A DNA stretch of 33,805 nt from Nemertoderma westbladi. Lineage: Eukaryota; Animalia; Xenacoelomorpha. The stretch is taken from positions 1-33,805 of the forward strand of contig JAUCBJ010005266.1 in assembly GCA_032718475.1 (NCBI GenBank), given 5' to 3'. Every line of letters starts with the position of its first letter. The stretch's first letter is position 1. The notes under the pieces are model-generated. The model ran no database searches and was not told where the DNA came from. It saw only the letters and a list, made by a program, of their open reading frames with translations. Positions 11,127 to 22,516 of this stretch are shown piece by piece. The position numbers were made by a program, and so were the translations under genes.

Positions 11127-12390
11127 ATGACAACGCAATCACTGCTAGTGTGCATTGGTTTTGTTACATGTTTGACGTCAGCTGGTGAGATGACTGATAA
11201 AACCAACATGGGTCTTCAACCTCATAATATCGCCAATATTCCCCGTAGTGCATACCACGATCGTTACAAAAAGATACTAAAAGACATCAATTATGACCTA
11301 TACTTGAACGAGGGAGAACAATTTGACGAATTTAATGAAGTATTTGAAAGAATTCTCACGCCATATATTTGTACCTTCGTCGCAGTTGGTGTAATCGGTC
11401 ATGCCATTACCATAGCAACAGTTCTACTTGAGAAGTCTTTTAACACATTGTTTTACAAAATGTTAATTCTTGATGCCATTCTGGAGTCATTATGTTGTAT
11501 TGGGAGGTTACTGCTACGTGGGGAAGCTCTCATGGTGGGTGAAAACTACCCCAGATTATGAAATAATCGATGGAGCATCTTATCTAGTTTACAAATCTTC
11601 TAATTTGTTATACTGGATTTTTCAACTGTGTTGGCCAATGCTCGCTTGGGCATTTCCCTTTACTGCACAACTGTTATCTTTAATTATGGGTCTAGAACGG
11701 AATGCAGCCTTGTATTTTCCATTATGGTATAAAAATACCAAAGCGAAAAATCCCAAAGTGGTTTATATTGTTTTAATCATTGTGGTTGTTTACTGCACTG
11801 GTCTCTATTGGACTCTTATGTTTGCATTTAAAGGTGAAATTCATATGATTGATGGTGTTACTGAATATTGGGCAATTGATAATTATTGGAGAACCAATAA
11901 TGAGCACATCAACTCAGCAGATCGTATTAATGGTTATGTATTTCCATTTATTTTACTCACCCAACTTATAGCTGTACTTATTATAGATGTTCTAATGATA
12001 ACAAAGTTTTACAATGTGGCTAGGTTAAACCCTCAATCACCGTCAATGTTAAAGATGTGCAATGCAATAAAACTTCTTATGATAAATGGTACTTTATCTC
12101 TTATTCACATAGTTTCTTTTATAGTATTTGTTATAGAAGCTTTTAACTTGTACCATTTGCACAATAATTTAACAACAATGTCCAGCACAGCAGACATTAC
12201 TTACTTCATAAAGTATGAGCGGTACTTGAACAGAACATCTTATGTTCAAGACATGGTGTTTATTGTTTATTCTCTTAACTTTTATCTTATGTACGCTATA
12301 GTTGTAAGCTTCCGCGAAGCTGTGAATACTAATATATTTAGGTGTAAACCTATCAAGATAGGCAAATATAAATTAACAAATTTATGGTAG
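11127..12390 (+). CDS. Intronless class A (rhodopsin-like) 7TM GPCR, peptide/chemoreceptor-like, ~420 aa, one +1 frameshift at ~11502-11504
   Basis: ATG 11127 with signal-peptide-like MTTQSLLVCIGFVTCLTSA; TM1 …VAVGVIGHAITIATVL; TM2 YKMLILDAILESL; TM3 end GLERNAALYFPLWY (ERYxAxxxPL-like); TM4-TM6 hydrophobic blocks; TM7 VYSLNFYLMYAIVVSFREA. Deleting one G from ATTGGGAGG joins ORFs 11118 and 11470. Confidence 0.85.
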
Positions 12391-12807
12391 AGTAAATAGA
12401 ATACTGGTTGACAAGTGTGAGAGGTCAATAAGTAAGCTTGAGGGATGAAATGGTAAAAAAAATATATTCAAAAATTGAAATATTATTTTCCTTTGTCAGT
12501 TTCTACATCATGATATATAAATACTTCAGTGAACAATCGCCAGAGTAATGGCATCCTATAAAGACCTCCAATATATGGTTATAGTTGTCATTGTTGACCT
12601 ATTCACAGTAACAACATCATCAACCTTATCCTAATCTGGCTCCCTTATTCAACCACAAAACAATATAACTCTCAATATGCAAAGTAAATTGTATGGGCTA
12701 TTTTGTGGTACGTTATTATTATGGGCTATTTAGTGGTATCATGGTGCATACAGTCTATAATGAGTTTTTACAAAATCAACAAATACTTTTGACATGTGGG
12801 AAGAGTG

Positions 12808-12830
12808 CACAGTGGGTCAAGAGCAGCCAA
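12808..12830 (+). mobile_element. Possible Transib-type terminus (CACAGTGGG…)
   Basis: CACAGTG heptamer-like start followed by TE-like sequence. No partner end was found. Confidence 0.2.
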
Positions 12831-13499
12831 AATAGGCAAAACCTGATGTGCTCAAAAACTTTTTTCTAATGTCACCATTCGATTTGCCATATCTGAAAAC
12901 CTCGGCAAATATACTTCATTTCAAATTGTTCATGTCTGGGAAGAAAATCTAGCTTGACAAACCGATTGGGACAAGTCCATCCCACAGTAGGACCCAGTCG
13001 GTGTAGTCTGGGACACTGATGATGACCAGTCGTCTGAAGGAAGTGTCTGGTTCTGAAACAAACAAACGGGTAATCTAAATATAAAAATAGAACCCAATAA
13101 CCCAAACAATTAAGCTATTTCCACATTACACAATTAAATAGTTATATATTTTTAATAACAAACAAACAGCAAAAAAAACGGAAAACAAAATTTGAAATGT
13201 TGTTCTAAAACATTTTTTAGTATTACTGTAGAGTTCATCATTTGGTAAAGTACAACTTTTACATTAACATTATATAAATGTAATATATTTCAGATATAAT
13301 GATAGAATAGTTATTAATATATATGCAATAAATATATATAAACATGACATTCACTAAAGTAATAATACATTGTATTTATAAAATAACAACCTCCTCAATT
13401 CTCCTACCACAAATTCTCTAAATTCTCTAACACCAAGCGATTTTGGGTCAGAGGTCTTTAATGATATATGGCGGTTTATAGGCTGTTCTGAGGGTAATG

Positions 13500-16400
13500 G
13501 TGACTCATAGGTGATGGCTGTACGTACAGACCACTACATTATTGCAACTTTCCTCGTCCATAGAGAACTCGTCCGTATAGAACTCCTGTTCGGTACTTCC
13601 CCTCATGTCATAAGGGGAATAATCGGTAAATTGAACCTTTATTTCCACACGGGGGTCTATATCCTTCCGATGCAATAGGTAGTGATGTTTTCCATTACAC
13701 GTAACACATTTGTAGGTGTCAACAATAACACTTGCTTCTATTATGTCCGGCGCACGATGTCGGCATCGTGTGAACGTCTTACATTGGAGAGGAGACCAGA
13801 CATAATGCAGTGCACACTCAATAGACGAAACCTTGGTGAGGAATTTGTGTTTGGAACGTTTGGGACTGGCTCCATCTCCCCAGCCTTCCCGGAGGAACTC
13901 GTTGAAGAATGTTTATCTGGGGGAACATATATGGACAATGAGGATGCAGTTGTTCAGTGGGAGGAATACACATCTAAAGATGCTGGAGATAGATTCTCCC
14001 AAACCAACAATTTCCATCTCCCACTCATCCATCCATATAGTAGGAACAGTGGAAGTCGACCCCTACTTCCCACTGTGAACTCTGCTAAATTCCCCCTCCA
14101 AAGTCATTTAGTTTCTATCCTGTCATCTTCACCTCCACTCCATAAGCATCTTCTGTCAGTAGAAAACCCTGCCGACTTTATTAAAGACTTAGTAAAAGTT
14201 GTATATTCAACGTTAAATAAAGCGAGGTATTCATTCCAAACCCAAACTGAGGAGACATTACATAATTGTGTTTTAAATAGTTACCCAAATGGGTACCAAC
14301 AACTCTCCCTTGTAACAAAAAGAGCTACAGTTCTAGCCACTGTCCCTGGGATCTCCATTCAGCATGAGGTAAACCGCTCCAATGGGGATGCTATTGGGTT
14401 ATATATCCGAGATGGCACTCGCCGTTTTCTGGGGGGTGTTCTAGAATCTCCAAGTTTTACCTCCAAGTAGCAGTATCTGATGTAATTACTGATTCTAATG
14501 TTGCTAATAGGGAGGTACCCATTATTGATGAGGATCAATATTCCTGGATGATGATCATGGTGACGACCCAGAGAGGGACTCTGAGAACATTGATCTCAGC
14601 ATGGGAGTTCTGGGATCCCATGAAATAATGGATGAAGACAGGGACCACGGTACATTATTCGCCAGGATGGATCGAATCCCCATCTACGATGTAAATCGTG
14701 CCTCCCACATCCACCTTCTCCTCAATAACGAACTCGGAGTGCTCCGTCGGCGTAACCAACCATCTCAAAACGCCACCTTCAATATGTTGATGCACCACAT
14801 CACCTCCCTCAGCCGTGATGGTACTGTTCCTCTAACATACCCTGATGGCATCCTCTATCCAACACTTTTCTACTGCTCGAAATTTAATTCGGTAGTTGGG
14901 GCAATGCCATCTATTATGTATTGCAGTAGAACCTCAACCAAAAGAGGTCTTGCCATATCCACAACGGTATCATATATCACATCAGTATTTTCAACTCTGT
15001 TGAACAAACAACTCACTGTTAATTCACCAACGTTGGTCCTGAAATGAGGGTTGGAGTTTATGGTAGACCCCAAGGACATTGGCTACTCCTACCCAGAAAG
15101 TAAATCAAATTTTGACGAAATCGACTCCCGACGTAAACTCGAGTTGGCGGCATTCACCAAGGATGGCGCTTGGGATTATTTCGTCACTCCAATGTGCAAT
15201 GATACAGAGACTCCTGGTGTTGCTCCCCTATATAACGCCATTGTCAACAGATGCGCTTTAGCCACCCCTACGGAATGTGCCGAGCAACTGGAGGGCCATC
15301 TCGTCATTTTACTCTGTGCCTGGCATCGCACTGTCACGCATGTGATGGAGTGGATAATGAATAGTCCGCAACGCCCACTAGGACATCCACGGAATTACTT
15401 CTGGCATTACGAATTTCAGGACCAAAACGCCCTAGTAAATAAACCCCATGTCCACATGGGTCTAGCATTACACCAAGAAGAAAGGTCAGACACACTAAGC
15501 CGAGTCTGCTGCCAATCAAAGAGTTTATTCAACAAATCCTTTGGCACAGATTTCGAGACCTTAATTCAAGATCGTGTTATAGAACACAAAGATGTCCCCA
15601 ACTTCCTCAACCACCTGCAGTATCTACAGACCCACATCTATAACTCCGGTGGTGGGCGCTGCATAAAATATACCGACAGCTCAGGGAATCCGAAATGCCG
15701 CTACACCCTGTATCTGGAACGAACAACGGCCTTTTTTAAGGAACGGGAAGGTTTATATACAGAGTCTACTCTGTTGAGGATGGAGGAACTGGGTCTTGCC
15801 ATCTATAGTGAATGGAAGAACTCAATTGTTCCCATTGAGAGATACAGTGGAGGACAACATCAGTACCATGCTGTAAGTAGTGAATTCTTTGTCCCTACTA
15901 ACCCCAGGCAGGTTATTCACCTTCCTGCGATCCTGTACCAACATCCAGGTGTGTGACTATAGAATGCAAAAGGCCTACCTTCTGAAGTATGAGGTTGGTA
16001 AAGAGGAACATACAAAGTATATCCTAAAAGAAACCTCCGAACCAGGTAAGTTCATTGGCAATCAACGAGGGATTGTCAATGAAAAAATTACGGGAGCGCG
16101 GATTGCTGAAGAGAAGAGGGCAAAGAAAGACAAAGGATTCACTACCAGAAACATAGGGGTACCTGAACTTGTCTTCCACTGCCTTAATCTGGGATACTTT
16201 AAAACAAACGTCCAGTTCATCCATATTCAAAGTTCAATCCCCGAAAATAGAACTGGATTCCTTCATCGCTATCCCATCGGTAAGGAACATAAACTCATAA
16301 CAAATGACAATGAACTCAAACCTGTAGTTTAACGGGCTGCACCTCCGGTGGAAAGACAATTTACTCCATCACAAGAACTACTGATCAAAGACTACATAAA

Positions 16401-17330
16401 GAGCAGATATCGTGCTGACTATATCACGAAATTTAATTTGAGACCCCCAGAGTTACTAAATACATTTCAATCTTTGGAATTATACTACAAATGTTTCACT
16501 GAGCAATGTTATAGAAATAATCATATCTCAAAGGAGCTTGGTGAGTGCGAATGGATTAATGGGTTGGGTAATAGAGTGAAACTCCGCGCATCTGGTGTAG
16601 TGAAAGCTACTGAACACCTTTGAGACCAAGCCGAGAATGGTGTCCCTCTAGCGGCTGACTTACTTCACGATATTTTAGAGCCTATTATTCAGAACAGTCC
16701 TCAACATGTTAAATGGTTCGTTAACAAGTCCAAAACACAACCCACGATTGTTGTTTTTACCTCAATTACTCCGTTCTCTACTGAGAAATTCCTCCCTCAC
16801 ATAATGCTATCATTGGGTGAATTTGAAACGGAGCAGGATCTGTATAAAATTAATTACCTTGACAGTTTCATGTACAGTAAATTAATTCCGGACTCCCATT
16901 ATATCACTGAGGGAGACTACAACAACCTTTTCTGATGCTACGTGGATGAACAACTGTACCACTACGCCATCTCACACAGACAATTTAATAACATGTTTCA
17001 AGCTGCAGACAGAGTCCTCAAGGCACTGCTGCTAAACAACAATATCGAGTTTAACAGTCTGCCACTGGCACAGGAATGTCTGTTCCGAGAGAGAGAGACA
17101 TCTGAGATACTGAATTACGAGAGGAGGGCCAAGGAGTCCTTCATAGTGGCTGTACAGGAGAAGCACATTGACCTTCCTCAGGACATTGACACTATACCCT
17201 GTGACGCGCCCTCTAATTGGCTGCCTCATCTTTCCCGACACCCAGACCAATCTGACATATCATATCACGAACAGACTGATTCCCTACGTATTGGCATTGA
17301 CAGTATTAATAAATATCGCGATCCAGATCA
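13500..17330 (+). mobile_element. Degenerate Helitron-like RepHel gene (HUH/Y2 Rep domain present, helicase truncated away)
   Basis: Chain of + ORFs (13682, 14601, 15051, 15880, 16348, 16942) separated by stops and frameshifts. Rep motif 1 YFVTPMCN (~15177); motif 2 YEFQ…PHVHMGL (~15408-15465); QTH…C…KCR; motif 3 YLLKY (~15976); upstream PLTYPDGILYPTLF…GAMPS; RPPEL. No Walker A before the 17330 junction. Confidence 0.75.
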
Positions 17331-18403
17331 ATATCGCTATACGGCGTATCTGTCTCCCCGTCTACCAGATGCCGGCTATTGTAGTACACCGACTCACCCT
17401 TCAGCCCCGGGTGGTCTACCAGACCGTCGAAGGCCATTTTAAAGGCTCTCCTGTAGCTTAGGGGTGATCCCGATAACATAAATGCCGCTGGTTCCCTCTC
17501 GATAACCACGGTCATAAATAAGTTAAGCAAACTTATCATCATCCAATCTTCCTGCAGGATATATCGCTTCTGATATACCTTTATCGCTCCTCTGCGGAAT
17601 TGATATACCTCTTGCTTTCCCGGTCTCGCTCCCCACTTTAGCGAGTTCGCTAGTTCTGCTCCGTATTCTTCCCTGAACTTCCCCCAATCCATCGGTTTGT
17701 GGCACACGAGCCCCAATAATTGGCCCATTGCCACCGCCTCGCATTGGCCTGTGTTTTCGACTACCCCCAACCCATCCGGTGCCGTCATAGCCATAAAGAC
17801 CTTCTGCATATCCAGGAGGTTGGTGGCGTCCGGACCGATGATCCACTCCGCATCCTCGCGAATCGCCGATCCTACTTTCGTCGTCGACTTCTCTCTTACC
17901 AAGACTTGTACCGCTTTCGGTAACCGGTTTAATTTCGGTCCATCCTTCTTCCCATACGTTCCTAGATCGAATAAGAAGATGTCCCCATTTGGCGCGGCCA
18001 AATGTAGGAGTATGGTCCTGGCCGACCCCGCCGTTCCTCGTCTCAAACCCGCCTCGTCTTCCACGGTTCCCTCGTCGTCTAGGATCATATATCCTCCCCT
18101 GTTGACGGACTCTATGAATCTCTTCCAGTCCTTCCTCGGTGATTCCCTCGGGTACTTCGGAATCCCGAACTTCGCCTCGTCCCCTTTCACCACGTAGTGG
18201 AAGTGTTGGAAGATCGCGTTGTCCAGCGACGGCGTCCCATAGGTCCCGACCAGCCGCTGTTCGTCCATCTCCCGGAAGTGATCCTGCAGCGCTCGTGCCG
18301 CGTGACCCCTTTCCAACCTCTCGTAGTATCCTCTCGTCTTCTCTTCCGGATGCCTCTCGGTGAAATCCACCAGTATCTCCTGACTCCGCCTTTCTCTTTC
18401 TGA
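17306..18403 (-). CDS. DEDDy 3'-5' exonuclease (WRN/EXD/Mut-7/RNase D-like fold), extra ORF of the BEL/Pao element
   Basis: Open frame 18403-17306 (GTG 18370, first ATG 18268). ExoI GYMILDDEG (~18068-18095); LLHLAAPNGDIFLFDL (cf. LLQLA…VYLFDL); LPKAVQVLVREKSTTKVGSAIREDAEWI (cf. LP..L..LLEDP.ILKVG..I..D, ExoII); NLLDMQ; …GQLLGLVCHK; ExoIII QKRYILQEDW (~17543-17572). The C-terminal ~10 codons may read into Helitron sequence. Confidence 0.75.
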   Translation of the reverse strand, partial: SERERRSQEILVDFTERHPEEKTRGYYERLERGHAARALQDHFREMDEQRLVGTYGTPSLDNAIFQHFHYVVKGDEAKFGIPKYPRESPRKDWKRFIESVNRGGYMILDDEGTVEDEAGLRRGTAGSARTILLHLAAPNGDIFLFDLGTYGKKDGPKLNRLPKAVQVLVREKSTTKVGSAIREDAEWIIGPDATNLLDMQKVFMAMTAPDGLGVVENTGQCEAVAMGQLLGLVCHKPMDWGKFREEYGAELANSLKWGARPGKQEVYQFRRGAIKVYQKRYILQEDWMMISLLNLFMTVVIEREPAAFMLSGSPLSYRRAFKMAFDGLVDHPGLKGESVYYNSRHLVDGETDTPYSDIDLDRDIY

Positions 18404-18903
18404 TCAAGTTGCACGCCATTCCGAACACTCACTCGCTCACCTGTAAGGTGGTGCCTTACCAAGGCGCAATACAGATGAGTGATGTATCTAAGATGTTCTG
18501 TACAGTCCGATAATGGCCTATTCCTTACTTAACTGCGCCTTTTAGCCTAAATTATTACTAATTAATTCTGAAGCTAGTAAATACACCCTAATTTCGATTT
18601 CTGTCCGTTACTTTTATTATGTTCCAGAATAACTTTCCTTGTGTTGCCATTATTTGTAACTTTCAGCCCTATTCTATTTATTTTTAATTTAATTTTTAAT
18701 TCTACTGTCCTACTACTTACTATTGCCTATGGATTGTTCTATTCTCTAATCCACATTCTGGCCTACTCTGTGGGCCTGTGCAGTACAGCAGTATGCGTCG
18801 TGTGGCCACACGATTTACCCAGCTGTACTCATATGCCCCCCTCTCGCTACTAACTGCTAACTAATATCTATATCTTATATACCCTTTTTACCTCTTACTC
18901 TCT

Positions 18904-19600
18904 CTCTAACTAACGGTACTACGTACCCTCTAACTCTTCTCTAACTAACGGTACTACGTACCCTCTAACTCTTCTCTAACTAACGGTACTACGTACCCTC
19001 TAACTCTTCTCTAACTAACGGTACTACGTACCCTCTAACTCTTCTCTAACTAACGGTACTATGTAGCCTCTAACTCTTCTCTAACTAACGGTACTACGTA
19101 CCCTCTAACTCTTCTCTAACTAATGGTACTACATACCCTCTAACTCTTCTCTAACTAACGGTACTACATACCCTCTAACTCTTCTCTAACTAACGGTACT
19201 ACGTACCCTCTAACTCTTCTCTAACTAATGGTACTACGTACCCTCTAACTCTTCTCTAACTAACGGTACTATGTACCCTCTAACTCTTCTCTAACTAACG
19301 GTACTACGTACCCTCTAACTCTCCTCTAACTAACAGTACTACGTACCCTCTAACTCTCTAACTAACGGTACTACGTACCCTCTAACTCTTCTCTAACTGA
19401 CGGTACTACGTACCCTCTAACTCTTCTCTAACTGACGGTACTACGTACCCTCTAACTCTCTACTTAACTAGCGGTACTATGTACCTCCTAACTAACTAAC
19501 TCTAGGTACTACGTACCTCCTAACTAACTAACTAAATCTAGGTACTACGTACCTTCTTACTGACTAACTAACTCTAGGTACTACGTACCTTCTTACTGAC
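18904..19600. repeat. 35-bp tandem array (~16-17 units plus ~3 variant units) between integrase and the exonuclease ORF
   Basis: Unit CTCTAACTAACGGTACTACGTACCCTCTAACTCTT. GGTACT recurs at 18915, 18950, 18985 … 19437, with variants at ~19473-19577. Confidence 0.95.
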
Positions 19601-19768
19601 TAACTTCTGCCTACTAACTGCGTACCTACTATGTACTATTATTTTATTTTTATTTTCTATTTTTATCTATTTTTATTTTCTATTTTTATATGTGGGGAAG
19701 GGTGTCTCGCCCTCAATCCCACCCCCCTCAGTCCAAAGCTTGGACGACTAAACTCATTACCAACTCCA

Positions 19769-20752
19769 CTAAGGTGCCCCTTCTAACAGACAGCATTTTC
19801 CTACTGCTCTCCTGTAGGTTTTTCTGTCCTTCGCACCTATCTTACCACCTATCTGCACTTCTACCGATCGGACTCTTCCGTCCTCGTCGGAGTAAGTGCC
19901 TACAACTCTCGCCAACTGCCACTGGTTGTTGATGATAGTATCATCCGTAACGATTACGAGATCTCCCTCTCTTAACTCCCTATTTGGCTTCCTCCACTTA
20001 CTCCTTTTATGGAGTGTGGGTAGGTATTCCTCTACCCACCTCCTCCAATACTCTGCGCTTATTGCTTTAGCGACTTTCCAACTTTGGCGGGAGTGTATGT
20101 CATCTGGGTCTACACCCCGCATATCGATGGTCGCTGGCCTTTCCATCAGGAAATGGCTAGGCGTCAGCACGTCTAATGACTCAGGGTCATCATTCTCTGG
20201 GTATAGCGGTCTGCTATTAATGATCCCCTCGCACTTCGCAAGCACTGTCCGTAAGACGTCCTCAGTGACCATGTGGGTGTTCATTAGCTTCGTCATTAGA
20301 CGCTTTGAACTGCCCACCAGTCTCTCGACGCACCCTAGTGTATGTGGTGCATACGGCGTCCTTCTCTCCCACTCTACTTGTCGTCGTCTCATGGCTGCCC
20401 TGACTTCTTCTCCTTCCAAGATGTCTAAGGCCTCTGCCATCTCATTCTCTGCGCCCACAAAGTTGGTGCCGTTGTCGCTGTATATCACTGCGATCGTCCC
20501 ACCTTTGCGGTCCCTAAACCTTTCTAAGGCATTAATGAATGCTGATGCGGTTGCATCTTGGGCGAGTTCTATCCCTACTGCCCGCGTGTTGTTACATACG
20601 AAGATGATACCGTAGCGTTTCTCCGTGTGCCGCATCACCTTAATCTTTATCGGCCCGAACATGTCCACACCGCAATGAGTAAATGGCGGGTCGTGCTGTC
20701 TTACTCTACTCGCTGGTAGTGGCGCCATCTCTTGTATGGCTCGCTCCTTCTA
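19769..20752 (-). pseudogene. Pao integrase catalytic core and C-terminal domain
   Basis: MAPLPASR…PFTHCGVDMFGP…YSDNGTNFVGA…GCVERLV…INSRPL…LTPSHFL…WRRWVEEYLP…WQLARV…DGRVRSV. Joined in-frame to the upstream ORF through a TAG at 20750-20752. Confidence 0.95.
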
Positions 20753-22516
20753 CGCTCGTCGGCAGGTCTGACATTGCCCCACCACCGCTTTTACCTTCTT
20801 CCTCAACTGTTTGACCCAAAAGGTCCTCCTTATCTCGGTGAGGGTTCGGTTGGTGCCCCCGTGCAATATCGACTTGTGGGAGTCCCAAATAATCTGGTGA
20901 ACTATTGGCGATCCTGTTGGAATTATGATGGGTTTCGGTGGTACGATTATGCTGTTGTTGTATCCCACCCTAGAATTCATTACTAGAATCCCGTCGTCAT
21001 TAAGTTGTGGCGACAGCGTGATCAGCTCGCTGTCCCGTCGGAGGTGCTGTTGGTTACCGACCCATTCTACCTCGTCGCCATAGTTCTTCCGTTGTTCATA
21101 GCGGATGACTGCCTTGGCCGCTCCTTCCAGATCTATGGTTGTCCTGATCTTCTTGTCCTTGCCAACTCCCGCGAGGAAATTCCTGAAGGCTCTCCAGTAC
21201 GCCACTAGTTTCTTGGTCTTATACCAACTAGAACTGTAGCTGAGGAGTTTATCCGTCGGGTTATCGCACAGTTCTCGTTTTGGTTGCACATCCCTAATCT
21301 CCCTCACCATCTGGGAGTATATCTCTTCTCCCTCTGAATCTCTCTCTTCTCCCTCTGACACTACTTCTGAGCCCGGGTCCACCTTTCTCATCGGCGGCCA
21401 GGCCTCCTTATCGCTCAGAAATTGTGGCCCATGTTGCCACAATACTTCCTTCTTCAAGAAAGTGTGGCGTACCACGCCCCTCGACAACAAGTCCGCTGGG
21501 TTCTCGTCCGTTGGGCAGTAGTGCCACCTTTCCAGTCCTGTGGTCGCCCTTATTTCGTCCACTCTATTTGCGACGAATATTGGGTATCTCGTCCTTTCGT
21601 TATATAGCCTACCAAGCACTACCATGGAGTCCGTCCAGTAGTGTGTCTCCACTATGTTTGGAATAGTGTCCACTAGGTAGGCTGTGGCTCTTACTCCTAG
21701 TCTCGCAGCTGTCAATTCTAACTTGGGAACTGATGCTGAATCTGGCGGCGTTGACTTTGCTTTGCTAAAGGCTAGTCTGGGTTTATGAGCCCCCTCTCGT
21801 TGTACTAAATAAAGTGCCGCTCCGTACGCCTCCAACGACGCATCGGAGAACATGTGTAGGTCCAGATTCGTCATGTTCCCATCCGGGAAATACACTCGTG
21901 GCATGTTGTATGTTCCCATCTTCTCCAAGTCTCCTGTCCACTTACTCCATTGTTTCTTGATTTCCTCTGGTACCTCTACGTCCCACTCATCCTTCAATTT
22001 GTATACTCTCTTGAGTATCTGTTTCCCCGTAACTAATAATGGGGATGCTAGGCCTAGGGGATCGTATATCCTTGCTATATACGATACATAGCCCCTCTTC
22101 GTGTGGATGTCTGCGCCCTCCTGGCTCAGCTGATACTTCAGTTCGTCTGTCTCTCTGTTCCACACGATTCCCAATGCCTTCTGTTGAGATTCTGTTCTCT
22201 TATTCGCCATGTCCTGCCCTTTGGCTGTTGTGGGATTATCCATGGTCGATTCTGGCCTCTTGTCCTCTATCGCCTTGATAAATTCTTCCGAGCTGGATTG
22301 GAATTTGGTCAGGTTAAAGCCGGATCCTTTCAGGATGTCGCGAACCTCGCGCCCCGTGTCCAGTATCTCCTTAACCGTATTTCCATACTCCATTCCGTCG
22401 TCTACGTAGAAGCCACGTTGAATCATATCGACGGCCCTAGTGCTGTATCTATCTTCCTTCCCCTTCACTGTGTCTCTGACTGCCATAGTCGTCGTAAATG
22501 AAGACGACTTGGCTCA
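20753..22516 (-). pseudogene. Pao RT C-terminal half, RNase H (peptidase A17-like region) and integrase zinc finger
   Basis: FYVDD (~22400), SGFNLTKF, KALGIVW, IYDPLG, LHMFSDAS..AYGA, PKLEL, WTDS, FVANRV, NPADLLSRG, H…HGG…CQTC. In-frame TGA at 22514-22516 sits where G of '(F/M)GAKSS' is expected. Confidence 0.95.

Noticed and set aside
17523-18428. 301-aa overlapping minus-strand ORF as a separate gene
   Set aside because: G/R-rich alternate-frame reading of the exonuclease ORF with no recognisable motif; only its ATG at 18419 may be relevant.
18904-19600. CRISPR-like array (35-bp units with hairpin, next to a nuclease)
   Set aside because: Units are contiguous and near-identical with no unique spacers, there are no cas genes, and the context is a eukaryotic retroelement.
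19700-19735. PPT plus start of 3' LTR right after integrase (GAGGGGGGTGGGA on minus)
   Set aside because: The following sequence does not match the candidate LTR start TGTTAGC or any part of 28476-29019; it may be an internal purine tract.
22514-22516. Programmed readthrough at the in-frame TGA (and TAG 20750)
   Set aside because: Both stops fall inside conserved RT/IN domains rather than at a gag-pol boundary, and the TGA is a single-base change from the expected GGA; ordinary nonsense mutations are more likely.
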